This document shows positions 50,813 through 63,346 of a stretch of DNA of 64,000 bases, in pieces. The position numbers were made by a program, and so were the translations under genes. The DNA is from Macrostomum lignano (taxonomy: Eukaryota). Under the pieces are notes generated by a model. The model was not told the DNA's origin. It was given only the letters and a program-made list of their open reading frames with translations, and did not search any database. Positions within the stretch are counted from its first letter, which is position 1. Each line of letters opens with the position of its first letter. The stretch is taken from the NCBI GenBank assembly GCA_002269645.1, contig NIVC01003997.1, positions 1 to 64,000 on the forward strand, read 5' to 3'.

Positions 50813-53376
50813 ATGGCAAAGCAAATTTTAACCAAACAGATTTTGCTTGTAGTCTTACTAAGCTTGCTGATACCCAGCAGCTGGGAAGCCCTGACACTAC
50901 CTTGGGAGACTACAGCTCAAACCCTTGATCCCACACTGACTCGGCCTGCTGCTGCTGCTGACTCAAATAGGCTCCTGCTCAGAGACATCAGCGGCAGCCT
51001 CGAGGTGCCGACCAGGTGCTATTCTGACTCCAGCCAGTGCCAGGTCTACGGCGACTGCTGCCAGTCTGCGGCAGAAATCCCGGATCCCGTCTCGCACAGA
51101 TCCGCCCGATTCACCTGCCTGCCAATTGAGCCGCTCAGGCCTGACGGGGAGGCGTCTGATGCGGCCCGCGCCACCGACTGCTGCCAGCTGCAGAGGCCAG
51201 CGGCTCTGGCCGTGTCTGCCTGCCCAGCCGCCTCCAGCGGCTCCATCAACGATGCTGTCGCTGCGGCTGCAGCTGCCGCCGCCGATCCCAGAGATGTCGA
51301 AGCGTGCGGCAACTTCAACACCGATGAAGGCTTCCGCCGGTTGACTCTGTCATCGATCCCCGTGTTCGGTCCCGACGGCGTGCTGTACCGCAGCGTCCAC
51401 TGTCTCCGCTGCCACCGGCCACCGCTGTCAGAACCCATCAGTCAGGACAGGTTCCTGACTAACCTGACAGTCCGCTGCCAGAATCCAGAGGATTACGTCG
51501 GCAGAAATGCCAGCGCCTGGCAGGGCGAGCTGATGCGGCTGCTGCTGAGCGGGGGCAGCCTACCCAGGCGCTGCCACCTGGCGTTCCGGGTTCAGGAGCG
51601 GCTGGTGCACCGCTGCTACGCGGGGCTGCCGCAACTGCACACAGCCGGCGGTGAGAAGTCGCCCAGCGGGGACTGCCTCACCGGCGGCACCAGCTATGCG
51701 TTCTCGGCGGCGCAGTGTCGGGTCTACCGCAATTCCGCCTGCGCCAAGGATCCGGCCGACGGCGAGCCGCAACTCCAGCCTGACTGGCTGCGCTCCCAGT
51801 GCGCCGGCGGCAGCTCCGGAATCCTCACTCAGTCCAATCGCGAGTCGTTCAGCGTCCGGCCGAGGCCCAGCCTGTTGGACTCCGTGTTCAACTTCAATTT
51901 GGATCCGAGACTGCTGGCCGGTCAACTGGCTGCAATGTCCACCGAGTCGCCGGCTGCTGACGGTCAGCTGCGAGATAGCAAGAACGAGTCCAGTTCTGGC
52001 GACAGCCCCGGCAACGTCACGGAGGAGGCTGCGTCGGGGCGAGGAGGACCTGCGTCGGCTGCTGGCTTGGCTGATTGGACCGACTGGGCTACAATGGCGG
52101 CTCAGGCAGCCTCGGCCGTTGCGGTTGGTGTCACTGTGGGATCCTCATGCCCTTGAACTTCCCAGATCCCAAGCCTTTCTGCAAATGCGAGTATCCGTGC
52201 TCTGACCCAATCCTGTAAACTTCTGAGCAATCAGTCTGTAAACTCCTGAGAAATCAGTCTGTAAACTTCTGAGAAATCAGTCTGTAAACTTCTGAGAAAT
52301 CAGTCTGTAAACTCCTGAGAAATCAGTCTGTAAACTCCTGAGAAATCAGTCTGTAACTTCTCAGATCTGAAGTGCAGTGCATGTCCTGCGAACCCTACCC
52401 AATATCCTACCCAACGCAGGCCCTCAGCCTCACCTGCCTGTACCTGAGCCGCCGCCGTCTGCGCAATCGCTCCGGCCTCCTCTTAGTGTCGCACGCGCTC
52501 AGCCTGGCCGCGGTGAACATTCTCTCCCTCGTCGAGGCCGCCATCGCCGCGGCCTCCTCCGGCGATGTCAGCGGCTCGCCCTGGACCTGCCTGCTGGCCC
52601 TGTTCTGCATGGACGCCGGGTTCACCTGGGCTGGCCTGTTCGGCGTTGACCTGCTGCGCACCCTCACCAACCTGCTGGCCAGGCCGTCAGCGCCATCCAG
52701 GCGCTACGCCCGGTTCGCCGCCGTCGGCTGGGGCCTCCCGGCTGTCCCCGCCGCCGTGGCCGCCGGCCTGCACTTTGGCGACAGTCCCGCCCTGTTTGAC
52801 GCCAAGTCCTGCGGCCTGCCGGAGACCTCGGCAACGACGGCTGTGGCGGCGGCCTGCCGGGTTGGCCTGGCCTTCGCGCCCTGGGCCCTGGCGCTGGCCT
52901 TCAATGTCGCCTGCCTGATCGGCGTGGCCGCCTGCCTCGGACGGGCCGCCAGCCAGGCCCCGGCGTTCGAGCACCGATCGACCGGCGGTGGCCGATGGTC
53001 GAAGCGCCTCAACGGCCGGGCGCGCCGGACGCTCCGCAGGACGATGCTGACCGCCGGCCGGGTCTCTGCAGTGCTCGGCGTGGCCTGGCTGCCCTACTGC
53101 TGCCTCATCCTGGCCGGATTCGACGACCCGGCATCCGGGGTGTACATCGCTGCCAGGCTGCTCACCGACCTGCACGGCTGCCTGCTGCTGGCGGCCTTCG
53201 CCCGGCTCAGGCACTGCCGCCGGCTGGCTACTCAGCTTAGCGGCTGCAAGTGGCGGCACAGCGCCGCAGGCTCCTCCCTGGGCTCGTCATCCAAGTCCTC
53301 CTCCGCCGCGGCCTCCAAAGGTCGAAGCACTTCCTCGACTGCGGCCGGCGTGTCGGGTGGCGCGTCATCTCGGTGA
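50813..53376 (+). CDS. Class B (secretin/adhesion/Methuselah-like) 7TM receptor with an N-terminal somatomedin-B-like and Cys-rich ectodomain. Exons 50813-52123 (alternative donor at 52135) and 52420-53376
   Basis: Signal peptide; CYSDSSQCQVYGDCC (SMB-like); PVFGPDGVLYRSVHCLRC; seven hydrophobic segments with LRNRSG after TM1, WAGLFGVDLLRT in TM3, GWGLP in TM4, an ECL2 Cys, LGVAWL in TM6 and LHGCLL in TM7; Ser-rich tail. Confidence 0.82.
52215..52360. repeat. 23-bp minisatellite (TCAGTCTGTAAACTTCTGAGAAA), GPCR intron
   Basis: Directly visible. Confidence 0.92.
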
Positions 53377-53520
53377 CTGCTAGGGAATCGTCTGAATGGT
53401 TTCTAATAGCAAAATACGTGTAATTTGCAAGACTTCTCGACAATGTGAAAATTTGAGCATGTGAAACGCTCTGGTCTATGGCAATTGAAGTGAAATTGTC
53501 GAGTTGTCTATGGCTTCTAT

Positions 53521-53693
53521 CAAGGAGTTCTATAATTATTAGCATCTGGAGTGGAAACGAGTTTTCCACTTTTACCTCATGAGTCATGAGGCCTGGCTCC
53601 ATGCGGTAAAAATTATCTAACAATTTGCGTGGCCTCGTGAGGTAAAAGTGCAAAACTTGTTTCCACCCCAGATTCTAATTATAGAACTCCTTG
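53521..53693. mobile_element. 173-bp hAT-type MITE with about 60-bp imperfect TIRs and an 8-bp TSD (GCTTCTAT)
   Basis: The left arm CAAGGAGTTCTATAATTA...TTTTACCTCATGAG (53521-53583) is the imperfect reverse complement of the right arm CTCGTGAGGTAAAAG...TAATTATAGAACTCCTTG (53634-53693). GCTTCTAT occurs at 53513-53520 and 53694-53701. Confidence 0.85.
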
Positions 53694-56560
53694 GCTTCTA
53701 TGAATGAAGATAACCACACAACTTTCAAGCAATGACCTGCCGGGAAATTTGAGCCATAGACATTTCGAACGAATGTCAAGATTATGAATTTTAATGTTGC
53801 CAAGAGTCCCATCGACCTTTGATTTCCAAATGACCTTGGAGCACAAAACTGAAGAGCAAATGTTTGGATTTAGACAAATGCGATACTGAATGCTCTTAGG
53901 ACTTGCAATCTTGCTATTAGTATTAGTCAAGGCATCAGTCTGCTTTCACAAGCTCGAAATCATCGCCCGAAAGTCGTTTTATTTTTTTCAAAGACATTGA
54001 CGAAAAACAAGTGAAGTATGCTTCACTAGAGTTTAAACTTATGTGTACCTTTCCCAGTCACCGAGGGATCTTGATCCCACTCCTCTGTATTCATTATGGA
54101 CTGAACTCCGAATCTCCTCTCCCGATGAAAACTAATGTCAGTCTAATGTCTAATGTCAGTCTGAGGCGTTAGATTGATTATCTGCGACTCTGGGCGATAG
54201 AAGTAACTCTAAGGCCGTGGAGTCTTATCGAGTTGCTATTTCGCATTTCTAACAACTCTATTTAGCCTACTTGAGTTAGTAGAAAGTTAAGCGCCAACAC
54301 GTGATGCGCTCGTTAAGAAAAAGTCACATTTAGAGTCGCCCAGAGTCACCAGTGAGTTCACTCTTAGCGATTCTTGCCTCGGTAGTTTACAAATAGATCA
54401 ATTAAAAAACTGGAGTTAAACAAAACACGGTCAAGCGTCAAACCGACATTTCATATGGAGCATTTTTTAATTAATTAGCTATTTTTTGCGATGCTGTTGC
54501 AGCATCTATCAAACACACAAAACTTCTTTCAGCCGGCAGGGCGGACAAGATAATATATTTTTTCGAACTGTGGCTGGCTGGGTGGCTGGTCGAAACAAGA
54601 AGCAACACAATTAAAACACAAAACGGGCACGAGAGGCGGAGCGCTGATTAAACAAAGATTAGGTAGCGCTGGGTTCTACTAATAGTAATATAGTAATAAG
54701 TATAGGGTTTTTCGGCTATAAACTCGGTTCGATCCTCAAAAAACAATACGCGATTACGGTGAGACAGGCGGACAGGAAAATCGATAAAAATGGGTTGCAA
54801 ATTATAATTAATTATTAGATATTATATATTTCATTTATTATAGTTAATTTCCGGCCATATAGCTAACAAATATAATATTAATAATAAATATTTCTAAGCG
54901 CATAGCATATAGCATCATCATTATTGACAGGCTGGGCTGGGCTGTGGGACTCCGGGATCTCAGTTAATATCGCTTAGTAGCATATTGTGCACGTGTTCGT
55001 TTTAATAATAATATTACTGGCAGAGAAAAAGAGTGAGAATTGAAGCTGCTAAACAATAATCAGAGCTTGAAAACATACGGCTGTGTAACTATGGTAGGCA
55101 AAGCATAATTAGCTTAGCAATCAATAATATAATAAAGAACTAAAGCTGCAGACAGTTAAATGTAAAAAGATTTCTATTGTCAGGCTGGGGGGCACTGAGG
55201 CGGGAGAGCGGCGGGGGCCAGTGGCTAACTACCAAACAAAAGCGCAATCGTTAGCAGAGACAAATTAAGACAGAAAAGAGCGCAGATGAAATCCTTTATC
55301 CATTGAATTTCGAGACGAGAAAAAACACATACTGTTAAAAAGCTAACAAAACTAATGTATAAATAGATTAGTAATACTTATTAATACACAACAGTCGCTA
55401 GACATCTGAAACCAGAAAAACCAGGTCGAGCGGAAAAGTTCAAACGAAAGTTGGTTAGGATTAAAAAAAACACTTAAAAAACGGAGCTCCAATGACCGAC
55501 AAGAAGCAGCCTTCTTATCTGAGCTGGTGCGGCACTTTATATAATTAACTATTATTATTCTAGCTAAGCCTTCGCTATGAAAAAATCATTAATAAATTTG
55601 ACAGTTGGCTAGCAAAATTTCTACTAAACACCTTCATTATTAGCAAAGGGAACAGGAAAAAAATTGAAGGCGCAAAACACGCGCCAGCCTACTAGCAGTA
55701 GTTTAGCAAACAATCCGGCAGGTGTATAGAATAATGCAATTATAAAATATTTATTGGTGCCAAATGTGAATCTTGTAAAAGTTGGGCCGCAACTGTCTTA
55801 TTATTATTTTTAATGAATAAAGCCGAGTAACAGCAAACCGCGGAACAGGCAAGCAATTTTTTTTGCTTTTTTTTCTGCTAACGAATAACTCTCGATAGCT
55901 GCGGCTCGGTTTGTCGGTCGTGTTCAGCGAAGTTACACTCGAAAAAGTCGATATTAATTAAGCTAGGATTGTCTCAGAGACTGTGTAACCTGCTCCACCA
56001 GACACAGGCGCCGACGCCTTGCAGCAGAAATCAAGTTTAAAAAAATTTTAACTTTCCATAATTTTGTCAGAAACGGACAAACAAAGTAGGCAAGGTTACA
56101 GACTCGCGGTAATAATAATTAACAATATTTTTCATACTAGAAATAGAAATATGTAGTTAAGCTCGCGGCAGATTAACTTAGAGTAACTTACAAAACATAT
56201 GTAAAGATAACGGATTAAACAGCAGACTACTGTAAGTAAGTAGCATACAAAGCGGTTTATCCTTTAAATTTGCGATTTTAAACCCAACAGAGGAGGAGAA
56301 AAAGAACAGAAGCTGATGAAGCGGGTGAGAGCGAATCATCAGTGTGTGATTATTAGTGCATTTATTGCAATGACGGCGGCTTGGTTCGCGAAAATGGCAT
56401 ATTATATAAAAATATAAGAGTTTTATTAATTAATTGTTAATAAATGTATTAGCATAGCATAGATTTATATGCAGAGTACAGGCCTTGCGTGTCACTGTGT
56501 CCGTACGAATTCGTTTACTCACACATGAATCAGAATTCATAATTTATTAACTGCCAAACT

Positions 56561-59500
56561 TCACTTCTTCCTGCCCAGAGTGAAGAATCTCTTCTTGCCG
56601 GCCGATTCGCCCGCGCCAGGCGCCCCGGCGCCGCCAGGCGTGGCGCCAGACGGTCCGGCGCCGGCGCCCGCGGGCGGCAGAGTGGCAGCCCTGGCGGCGG
56701 TGGTCGGCGTGGCCCCGGCGGCGGCGTTGACCCGGGTGACCCAGTCGGTCATCTCGGCCTCGCTGCGGGCCTGGAACAGGTACTCGGCCCCGCTGGCCAT
56801 CTTCAGGCGGAACACGTGCGGCCGCTTGTTGTAATCCGGCGCCGGCGCGCTGCTGGCGCCGTTCAAGTCTAGCGGCGCCTCGTGATGATAGGTGTCCTGC
56901 GGCCGCTCCTTGGCGTAGCGCTGGTCTTTGTAGAAGCGCAGGTGCCCGGCCTCCAGCACAACGTAGCTGCGGAGGGGGGGGGGTGGGGAGACGTGAAATA
57001 AACGCGATTTCAGATTAGCGAATTAGCGAAAGCAGAAGACAAGCAACTCACATCTGCTGCCAGCTGCGGTGCTGGGCCTTCTTGCCAGCCTGGTCCCATT
57101 CGTGCTTGCGCGCCAGCGGACCCTCCAGCTTGGCGGCCGTGATTGGCGGCTGCTGCTGCTGCTGGGAAGTCGACGGCTTGGCGGTTGTTGAAGGCTGCTG
57201 CGGCTGCGAGGTCGGCGACACCTGGCTGGGGGCCTGCTGAGTCGGGCTGGCTGGCTTCTTCGGCGGCTTCGGGCTGGGCGGCGGCTGCGGCACCTGGGAG
57301 GCGACGGCCTCGGCCCGGCGACGGGACTTCTCCTCGGCCTTGGCCGCCCTGGCCTCCTCCGATTGGTCCTGCTCGCGCAGCTCGAAGGTAGTCTGGCGTT
57401 GCAGCGCTTGGAAGCGCTCCTCCTGCGACTGCGCCGCCTTCTCGAACGCCTCGTGCTGCCTGATGAGGGCCAGGGTCTCCTCCAGGCTGTCGCCAACGTG
57501 CCGGCTATTGAGGTGCGGCTCCTGGGCCAGCAGCCAGCCTTCCGCCACTGCAGCGTCCCGGGCGAATTGGTAAACCTGGGGGAGGCGGATGAAGTATCGA
57601 TCGCTTGTAAATGCCTTGTTGTGGACCAATCAGGGACTCCCACTGAGCTGTCGGGGGACTGACCAATCAGACTCCTACTGTGCTGGGGGCGCTGACCAAT
57701 CAGATAACCCCTGTGCTGGGGGGCGCTGACCAATCAGAGAATCCCAATTGTGCTGAGGGAGCTGACCAATCAGAGATTCCCAATTGTGCTGGGGGAGCTG
57801 ACCAATCAGAGAATCCCAATTGTGCTGAGGGAGCTGACCAATCAGAGAATCCCAATTGTGCTGAGGGAGCTGACCAATCAGAGAATCCCAATTGTGCTGA
57901 GGGAGCTGACCAATCAGAGAATCCCACTTGTGCTGAAGGAGCTAACCAATCAGAGAATCCCAATTGTGCTGAGGGAGCTAACCAATCAGAGAATCCCAAT
58001 TGTGCTGAGGGGAGCTGACTAATCAGAGAATCCCACTTGGGCTGGGGGAGCTGACCAATCAGAGAACCCCTGTGCTGGGGGAGCTGACCAGTCAGACTCC
58101 TACTGTGCTGGGGGAGCTGACCAATCAGACTCCTACTGTGCTGGGGGAGTTGACCAATCAGACTCCTACTGTGCTGGGGAGCTGACCAATCAGACTCCTA
58201 CTGTGCTGGGGGAGTTGACCAATCAGACTCCTACTGTGCTGGGGGAGCTGACCAATCAGACTCCTACTGTGCTGGGGGAGCTGACCAATCAGAGAACCCC
58301 TGTGCTGGGGGGAGCTGACCAATCAGAGAACCCCTGTGCTGGGGGAGCTGACCAATCAGAGAACCCCTGTGCTGGGGGAGCTGACCAATCAGACTCCTAC
58401 TGTGCTGGGGGAGTTGACCAATCAGACTCCTACTGTGCTGGGGGAGCTGACCAATCAGAGAACCCCACTTGTGCCAGGGGAGCTGACCAATGAAACCCTC
58501 ACCTCAAGCATCAGCTGGAACTGATCCCACTTCTCGTCCCAGGCGTCGTTCATGTCGAAGCGCTTGCCAATCACTTCCCGCAGTTTCTCCTGCACCACGT
58601 CTAGCTTGGGATGGCGGCGCTGAATGAGGGACTTGCCGAGGTTGCCGGCAATGGTGAAATTCTCATCCCTGGCGTCCATCTCGGCCTTGAGGTTCTTGTG
58701 CGAGTTCATCAACAGCTCGACGCCGGAGACGTCGCGCGGCTTCTCTTGACCAGCCATCTCGGCGTTGATGCCGTCCATCCACATGAGCAGGTCGCGGATC
58801 ATGTTCAAGAACCTGTGGAACTCGCCATTGTCGGCCAGATCGGCTTTGCGCTTCTGGCAGTGCAGGGTGAGCCGGTTCCAGGCGTCGATGACTTCGTCGC
58901 GTTTGTCGCGAATCAGCTGCTCCTTGTCGCCGCTGTAGGCCGGCAACAGGTCGTCGGCGTCGCGTTCGACGCCGTGCACGGCGGCTTCGAGAGTTTTCAA
59001 ATCGTGCTCGAAAGTGGCGTGCTTCCTGGTGTAGGCGTCGGCCGACTTGGCGTCCTTGCCAACGTCCTCCGGGATGGAGAGCTCCTTCTCTTCGATTCGG
59101 TCGAGGACGTCGTGACAGTCGCTGAGGAAACGATGGAAAGCGTGGGCGGCGGTGAGCAGCTGGGTGCGGGTGTCCATCAGCTCCAGCAGGTCGGCCCAGG
59201 CTTCGTTGACGCGGTCCTTCCATTCGGCGATCTCCGCCGAGCTGCGGTGGCCCTGGTCAATCAGGCTGTCAACGAACTGGTTGGCTGCGGCCACCTGAGG
59301 GATTGAGGGGGGGGGCAGGAGAGTCAGTCAGTCAGTCAGTCAGTCAGTCAGTCAGTCAATCAGTCAGTCAGTCAATCAGTCAGTCAGTCAGTCAGTCAAT
59401 CAGTCAGTCAGTCAGTCAGTCAATCAGTCAATCAGTCAATCAGTCAATCAGTCAATCAGTCAATCAGTCAATCAGTCAATCAGTCAATCAGTCAATCAGT

Positions 59501-62500
59501 CAATCAGTCAGTCAGTCAGTCAGTCAGTCAGTCAGTCAGTCAGTCAGTCAGTCAGTGTCAGTCAGTCAGTCAGTCAGTGTCAGTCAGTCAGTCAGTCTTT
59601 TTAGATTGTCTTAGTGTCTGTCTGTGTGACTGCCTGCCTATCTTAGCGTTTGTCTGCTTGTCAGCCTCCCCAGCAGCTCACCCTCTCGGTGCCGATAGCC
59701 TCGGTCTCCTTGGCGAACTCCCTGAACCGCTCGCGCAGCAGCACGCAGTGGTCGAAGTCCTTGCCAAGATCGTTGCTCTGTGCCACAATAGTCCGCTCCT
59801 GAATCCAGGCCTCCAGGTCGAGAATCTCCCGCTGCAGTTGGTAGAGTTTCAGCTGCTCCTGCAGCCAGGCCCGCTTCTCGGCGCACAGCTCTTTGAGGGT
59901 GGCGTACAGGCGGTCCAGGCGGTTCTGAGCCTGGGCGATGCGCTCGGACTCGGGGTGCTCGGCGTCGATGAGGTCGCGGGCCCGGCCGCCCAGGTTGCGG
60001 ATCTCGTCGGCGTAGGCCTCGACTGCGCGCTCCACCTGACGGAGATGGACAAAGTTAAGTAAATAGGCGCTTTGGATGTGACCAAAATATTAACGGACAC
60101 TATAAATTTAACTTTATGAGGGACTTTAAAGAGTGAGATTAACATACTGTGAAATTTATAGAGTGAGATCCAAGAGATGAGATCAATAGAGTGAGATCCA
60201 AGAGATGAGATCCAAGAGATGAGATCCATAGAGTGAGATCCATAGAGTGAGATCCAAGAGATGAGATCCATAGAGTGAGATCCATAGAGTGAGATCCAAG
60301 AGATGAGATCCATAGAGTGAGATCCAAGAGATGAGATCCATAGAGTGAGATCCAAGAGATGAGATCCATAGAGTGAGATCCATAGAGTGAGATCCAAGAG
60401 ATGAGATCCATAGAGTGAGATCCAAGAGATGAGATCCATAGAGTGAGATCCATAGAGTGAGATCCAAGAGATGAGATCCATAGAGTGAGATCCAAGAGAT
60501 GAGATCCAAGAGATGAGATTCATAGAGTGAGATCCAAGAGATGAGATCCATAGAGTGAGATCCAAGAGATGAGATCCATAGAGTGAGATCCAAGAGATGA
60601 GATTCATAGAGTGAGATCCAAGTGATGAGATCCAAGAGATGAGATCCATAGAATGAGATCCAAGAGATGAAATTCATGCAGTGAGATTAGACACTGACAC
60701 TAAATAGCAAGGAATAGAACCCCACCTGCTCGTGCTTCTTCATAGCATTATTAGCAGCCTGCTCATCCCTGGCGCGGGTCTCCTCGGGCATGAGGTACAG
60801 CTCCTGCTCTCCCATCCAGGTCTCGGCTTCGCGGGCGTCCTCCAGCCACTGCTGGTCGGACTCGCTGTCCTCCAGCCGGTGCTCCCGATCCTTCAGGGTG
60901 TCCTCCAGCTGGCGCCACAGATCCAGCAGGTCATCGATTCCGCGCTGGTACTGTTCAGCCTGCGGCACGCCCTGGGAGATGAGCTCCTTGGCCTGGGCCA
61001 CGGTGTCCTCCATGCGCGGCCTGTGGTTGTCAACCTCGGCGGACAGCACCTGTTGCGGTTAGCAAAATTTTGTGGAGGTCTGGGTGTGAAATTAAAGCAC
61101 GAGATCTACCTTGCCTATCCCTTTGCAAATCATTTAGATTAGAATCTACTCAATCTCTATTCGAATCTACTCAATCTCTATTCGAATCTACTCAATCTCT
61201 ATTCGAATCTACTCAATCTCCATTCGAATCTACTCAATCTCCATTCGAATCTACTCAATCTCTATTCGAATCTACTCAATCTCCATTCGAATCTACTCAA
61301 TCTCCATTCGAATCTACTCAATCTCTATTCGAATCTACTCAATCTCCACTCCCACAGCCCATCTCACCTTATGCCGCCGCTGCAGCTGCGTGGCGGACAG
61401 CAGCGAGTTGCCAACATCGCCAGACCTGGTCAGGGCCAGCTTCTCCTCGGCCCACATCTTCTCGTCTTCGATGTCGCGGAACAGCTGCTGGATTCGCTTC
61501 CGCCTGACCAGTTCGTCCTTCTTTTTGCTCATCGGATCGCGCAGCTTCACGAATGTCTGCTGCAGCGACAGGTGAGTCTTCTCGAATACCTCTTCCTTGT
61601 CGGGGTGCTGCTCCTTGAGCTTCTCCTTGTGCTCGGTCATGTCCTCGAGCTGGCGCTGGCGCTCCTCCATCTGGCGCTCCTGATCCTCGATGCCCTTCAG
61701 GCAGATGTCGACGTCGGTAAGGGTGACCACCTCCTCCTCGTCAACCACCATCTGGCTGATGAGCTTCTCCATCCAGACGTTGACGTCCTGGGCGGTGTTG
61801 TTGAAGATGGTCTCCCGGTTGGCTTCCAGCAGCTTTTCGCCCTTCTGCTTGACCTGCTCCTCGAGCTCGGCCCATTTGGCGGCCAGCTCGGACACTTCGG
61901 TCTGCACCGGCTCGGCGAACTCCGGCTGCTCAGCAACCAGCTGCTCGGCAGTCTTTCGAATAGTCTCCAGCCGTTCTTTGTTTGCTTCGATTTCCCGTTC
62001 GAATGTCTTGTGCCGATTGTACGGCTAGTGATGTTCTTCGAGTCCTTGAAGCTCTCGTCCTCGGCCACTAGACGGCGGTCCTCGATCCACTCGGCCAGGT
62101 CGTCCATGTCCTGGCGGAGATGCTGCAGGCGGAGCAGGGCCCGCAGCTGGGCCAGGCGCTCCTCGGCTCGTTCCAGATTCGACGAGCGTCGGCGACGAAT
62201 AGAATCGACCTTCTGCTGAATCTTCTCCTTGGCGAAGTGCTCCTCCTCGGACAGCAGTCGCTGGCCATTGTCGTCCAGGGTAGCCAGCTTGTCGTCATTC
62301 GCCTTCATCGAGGTGATGAAGTTCTCGCACTGCTTGATGAGCAGCTCGGCGTGCTCCACCTGCGTTTGTGCGAGGCAATTAATTAATTAATTAATTAATT
62401 GGTTCTAGATAAAATACAGATTTATGATCATAGCTGTCATAGACTCCAGATCAAATATAGATTTATGATCATAGCTGTCATAGACTCCAGATCAAATATA

Positions 62501-63346
62501 GATTTATGATCATAGCTGTCATAGACTCCAGATCAAATATAGATTTATGATCATAGCTGTCATAGACTCCAGATCAAATACAGATTTATGATCATAGCTG
62601 TCATAGACTCCAGATCAAATACAGATTTATGATCATAGCTGTCATAGACTCCAGATCAAATACAGATTTATGATCATAGCTGTCATAGACTCCAGATCAA
62701 ATACAGATTTATGATCATAGCTGTCATAGACTCCAGATCAAATACAGATTTATGATCATAGCTGTCATAGACTCCAGATCAAATACAGATTTATGATCAT
62801 AGCTGTCATAGACTCAGATCAAATACAAAATAATGGTCATAGACTATCATAAGTCAGGTCATAAATTCAGCTCATACACTGTAGACCATGACAAACAGGA
62901 CTTTGGTCACAGCTCACAGACTAAAAGCGTCACACATTTCAAACGAAATCTCTTTGATAAAGAAAAACTTACAGAGGTTGGCGTGTCCTGCTTAGACAGG
63001 AAGTTCTCCTGAGAGCTGAGCAGAACGTCGCACTGCACAGCGTCGCGCATAAAGATCTGCAGACTGAGACTCTGCGATAGCTGAGTATGCTTCACATCCC
63101 ACATGTGCTGCAGAGCGTTCCAATCCTCCTCGAGCGCGTTGAGTCGCTGGCTCAGGAACATGTACTGAGCGTCAGTCTGGCCTTCCGTCACCGTCGGCCG
63201 TAGCTCATCAGGCTGGCGAACTCCTCTTCGTAGCCTTTGATCTCCTGTTTGAGGTTCTGGTGCTGGGTGAGCAGCTTCTCAGCCTCGGCCAAATCCTTGG
63301 GAATATCCTCGGTGGCCACAGTTGTCTGGGTGTTGCTCAGCCAGAT
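56561..63346 (-). CDS. SPTBN: Beta-spectrin, 3' part (gene continues upstream of window). Exons (minus) 63346-62973, 62359-61368, 61049-60726, 60035-59682, 59294-58503, 57575-57052, 56966-56561; apparent 1-nt deletions near 63192 and 62022
   Basis: Spectrin repeats (GQTDAQYMFLSQRL, LQIFMRDA, QLQREILDLEAWI..R..VAQSNDLGKDFDHC.LLRERFREFAKET, IAEWKDRVNEAWADLLELMDTR, KPRDVSGVELLMNSH, VYQFARDAAVAEGWLLAQEP), a C-terminal PH domain (LEGPLARKHEWD..GKKA..RSW..YVVL..FYKD..DY.KRPHVFRL) and the tail KKRFFTLGRKK. All junctions are GT-AG. Confidence 0.97.
57622..58495. repeat. 33-36-bp minisatellite with a CTGACCAATCAG core, about 25 units, in a beta-spectrin intron
   Basis: Directly visible. Confidence 0.95.
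59322..59600. repeat. (TCAG/TCAA)n microsatellite, spectrin intron
   Basis: Directly visible. Confidence 0.96.
60160..60680. repeat. 14-bp minisatellite (GAGATCCATAGAGT / GAGATCCAAGAGAT), spectrin intron
   Basis: Directly visible. Confidence 0.96.
61140..61350. repeat. 21-bp minisatellite (ATTCGAATCTACTCAATCTCT), spectrin intron
   Basis: Directly visible. Confidence 0.95.
62405..62830. repeat. 41-bp minisatellite (ATTTATGATCATAGCTGTCATAGACTCCAGATCAAATACAG), spectrin intron
   Basis: Directly visible. Confidence 0.96.

Noticed and set aside
56580-62386. Multiple plus-strand ORFs overlapping spectrin (likewise over GON4L and the GPCR)
   Set aside because: Antisense or alternate-frame shadows of GC-rich coding exons.
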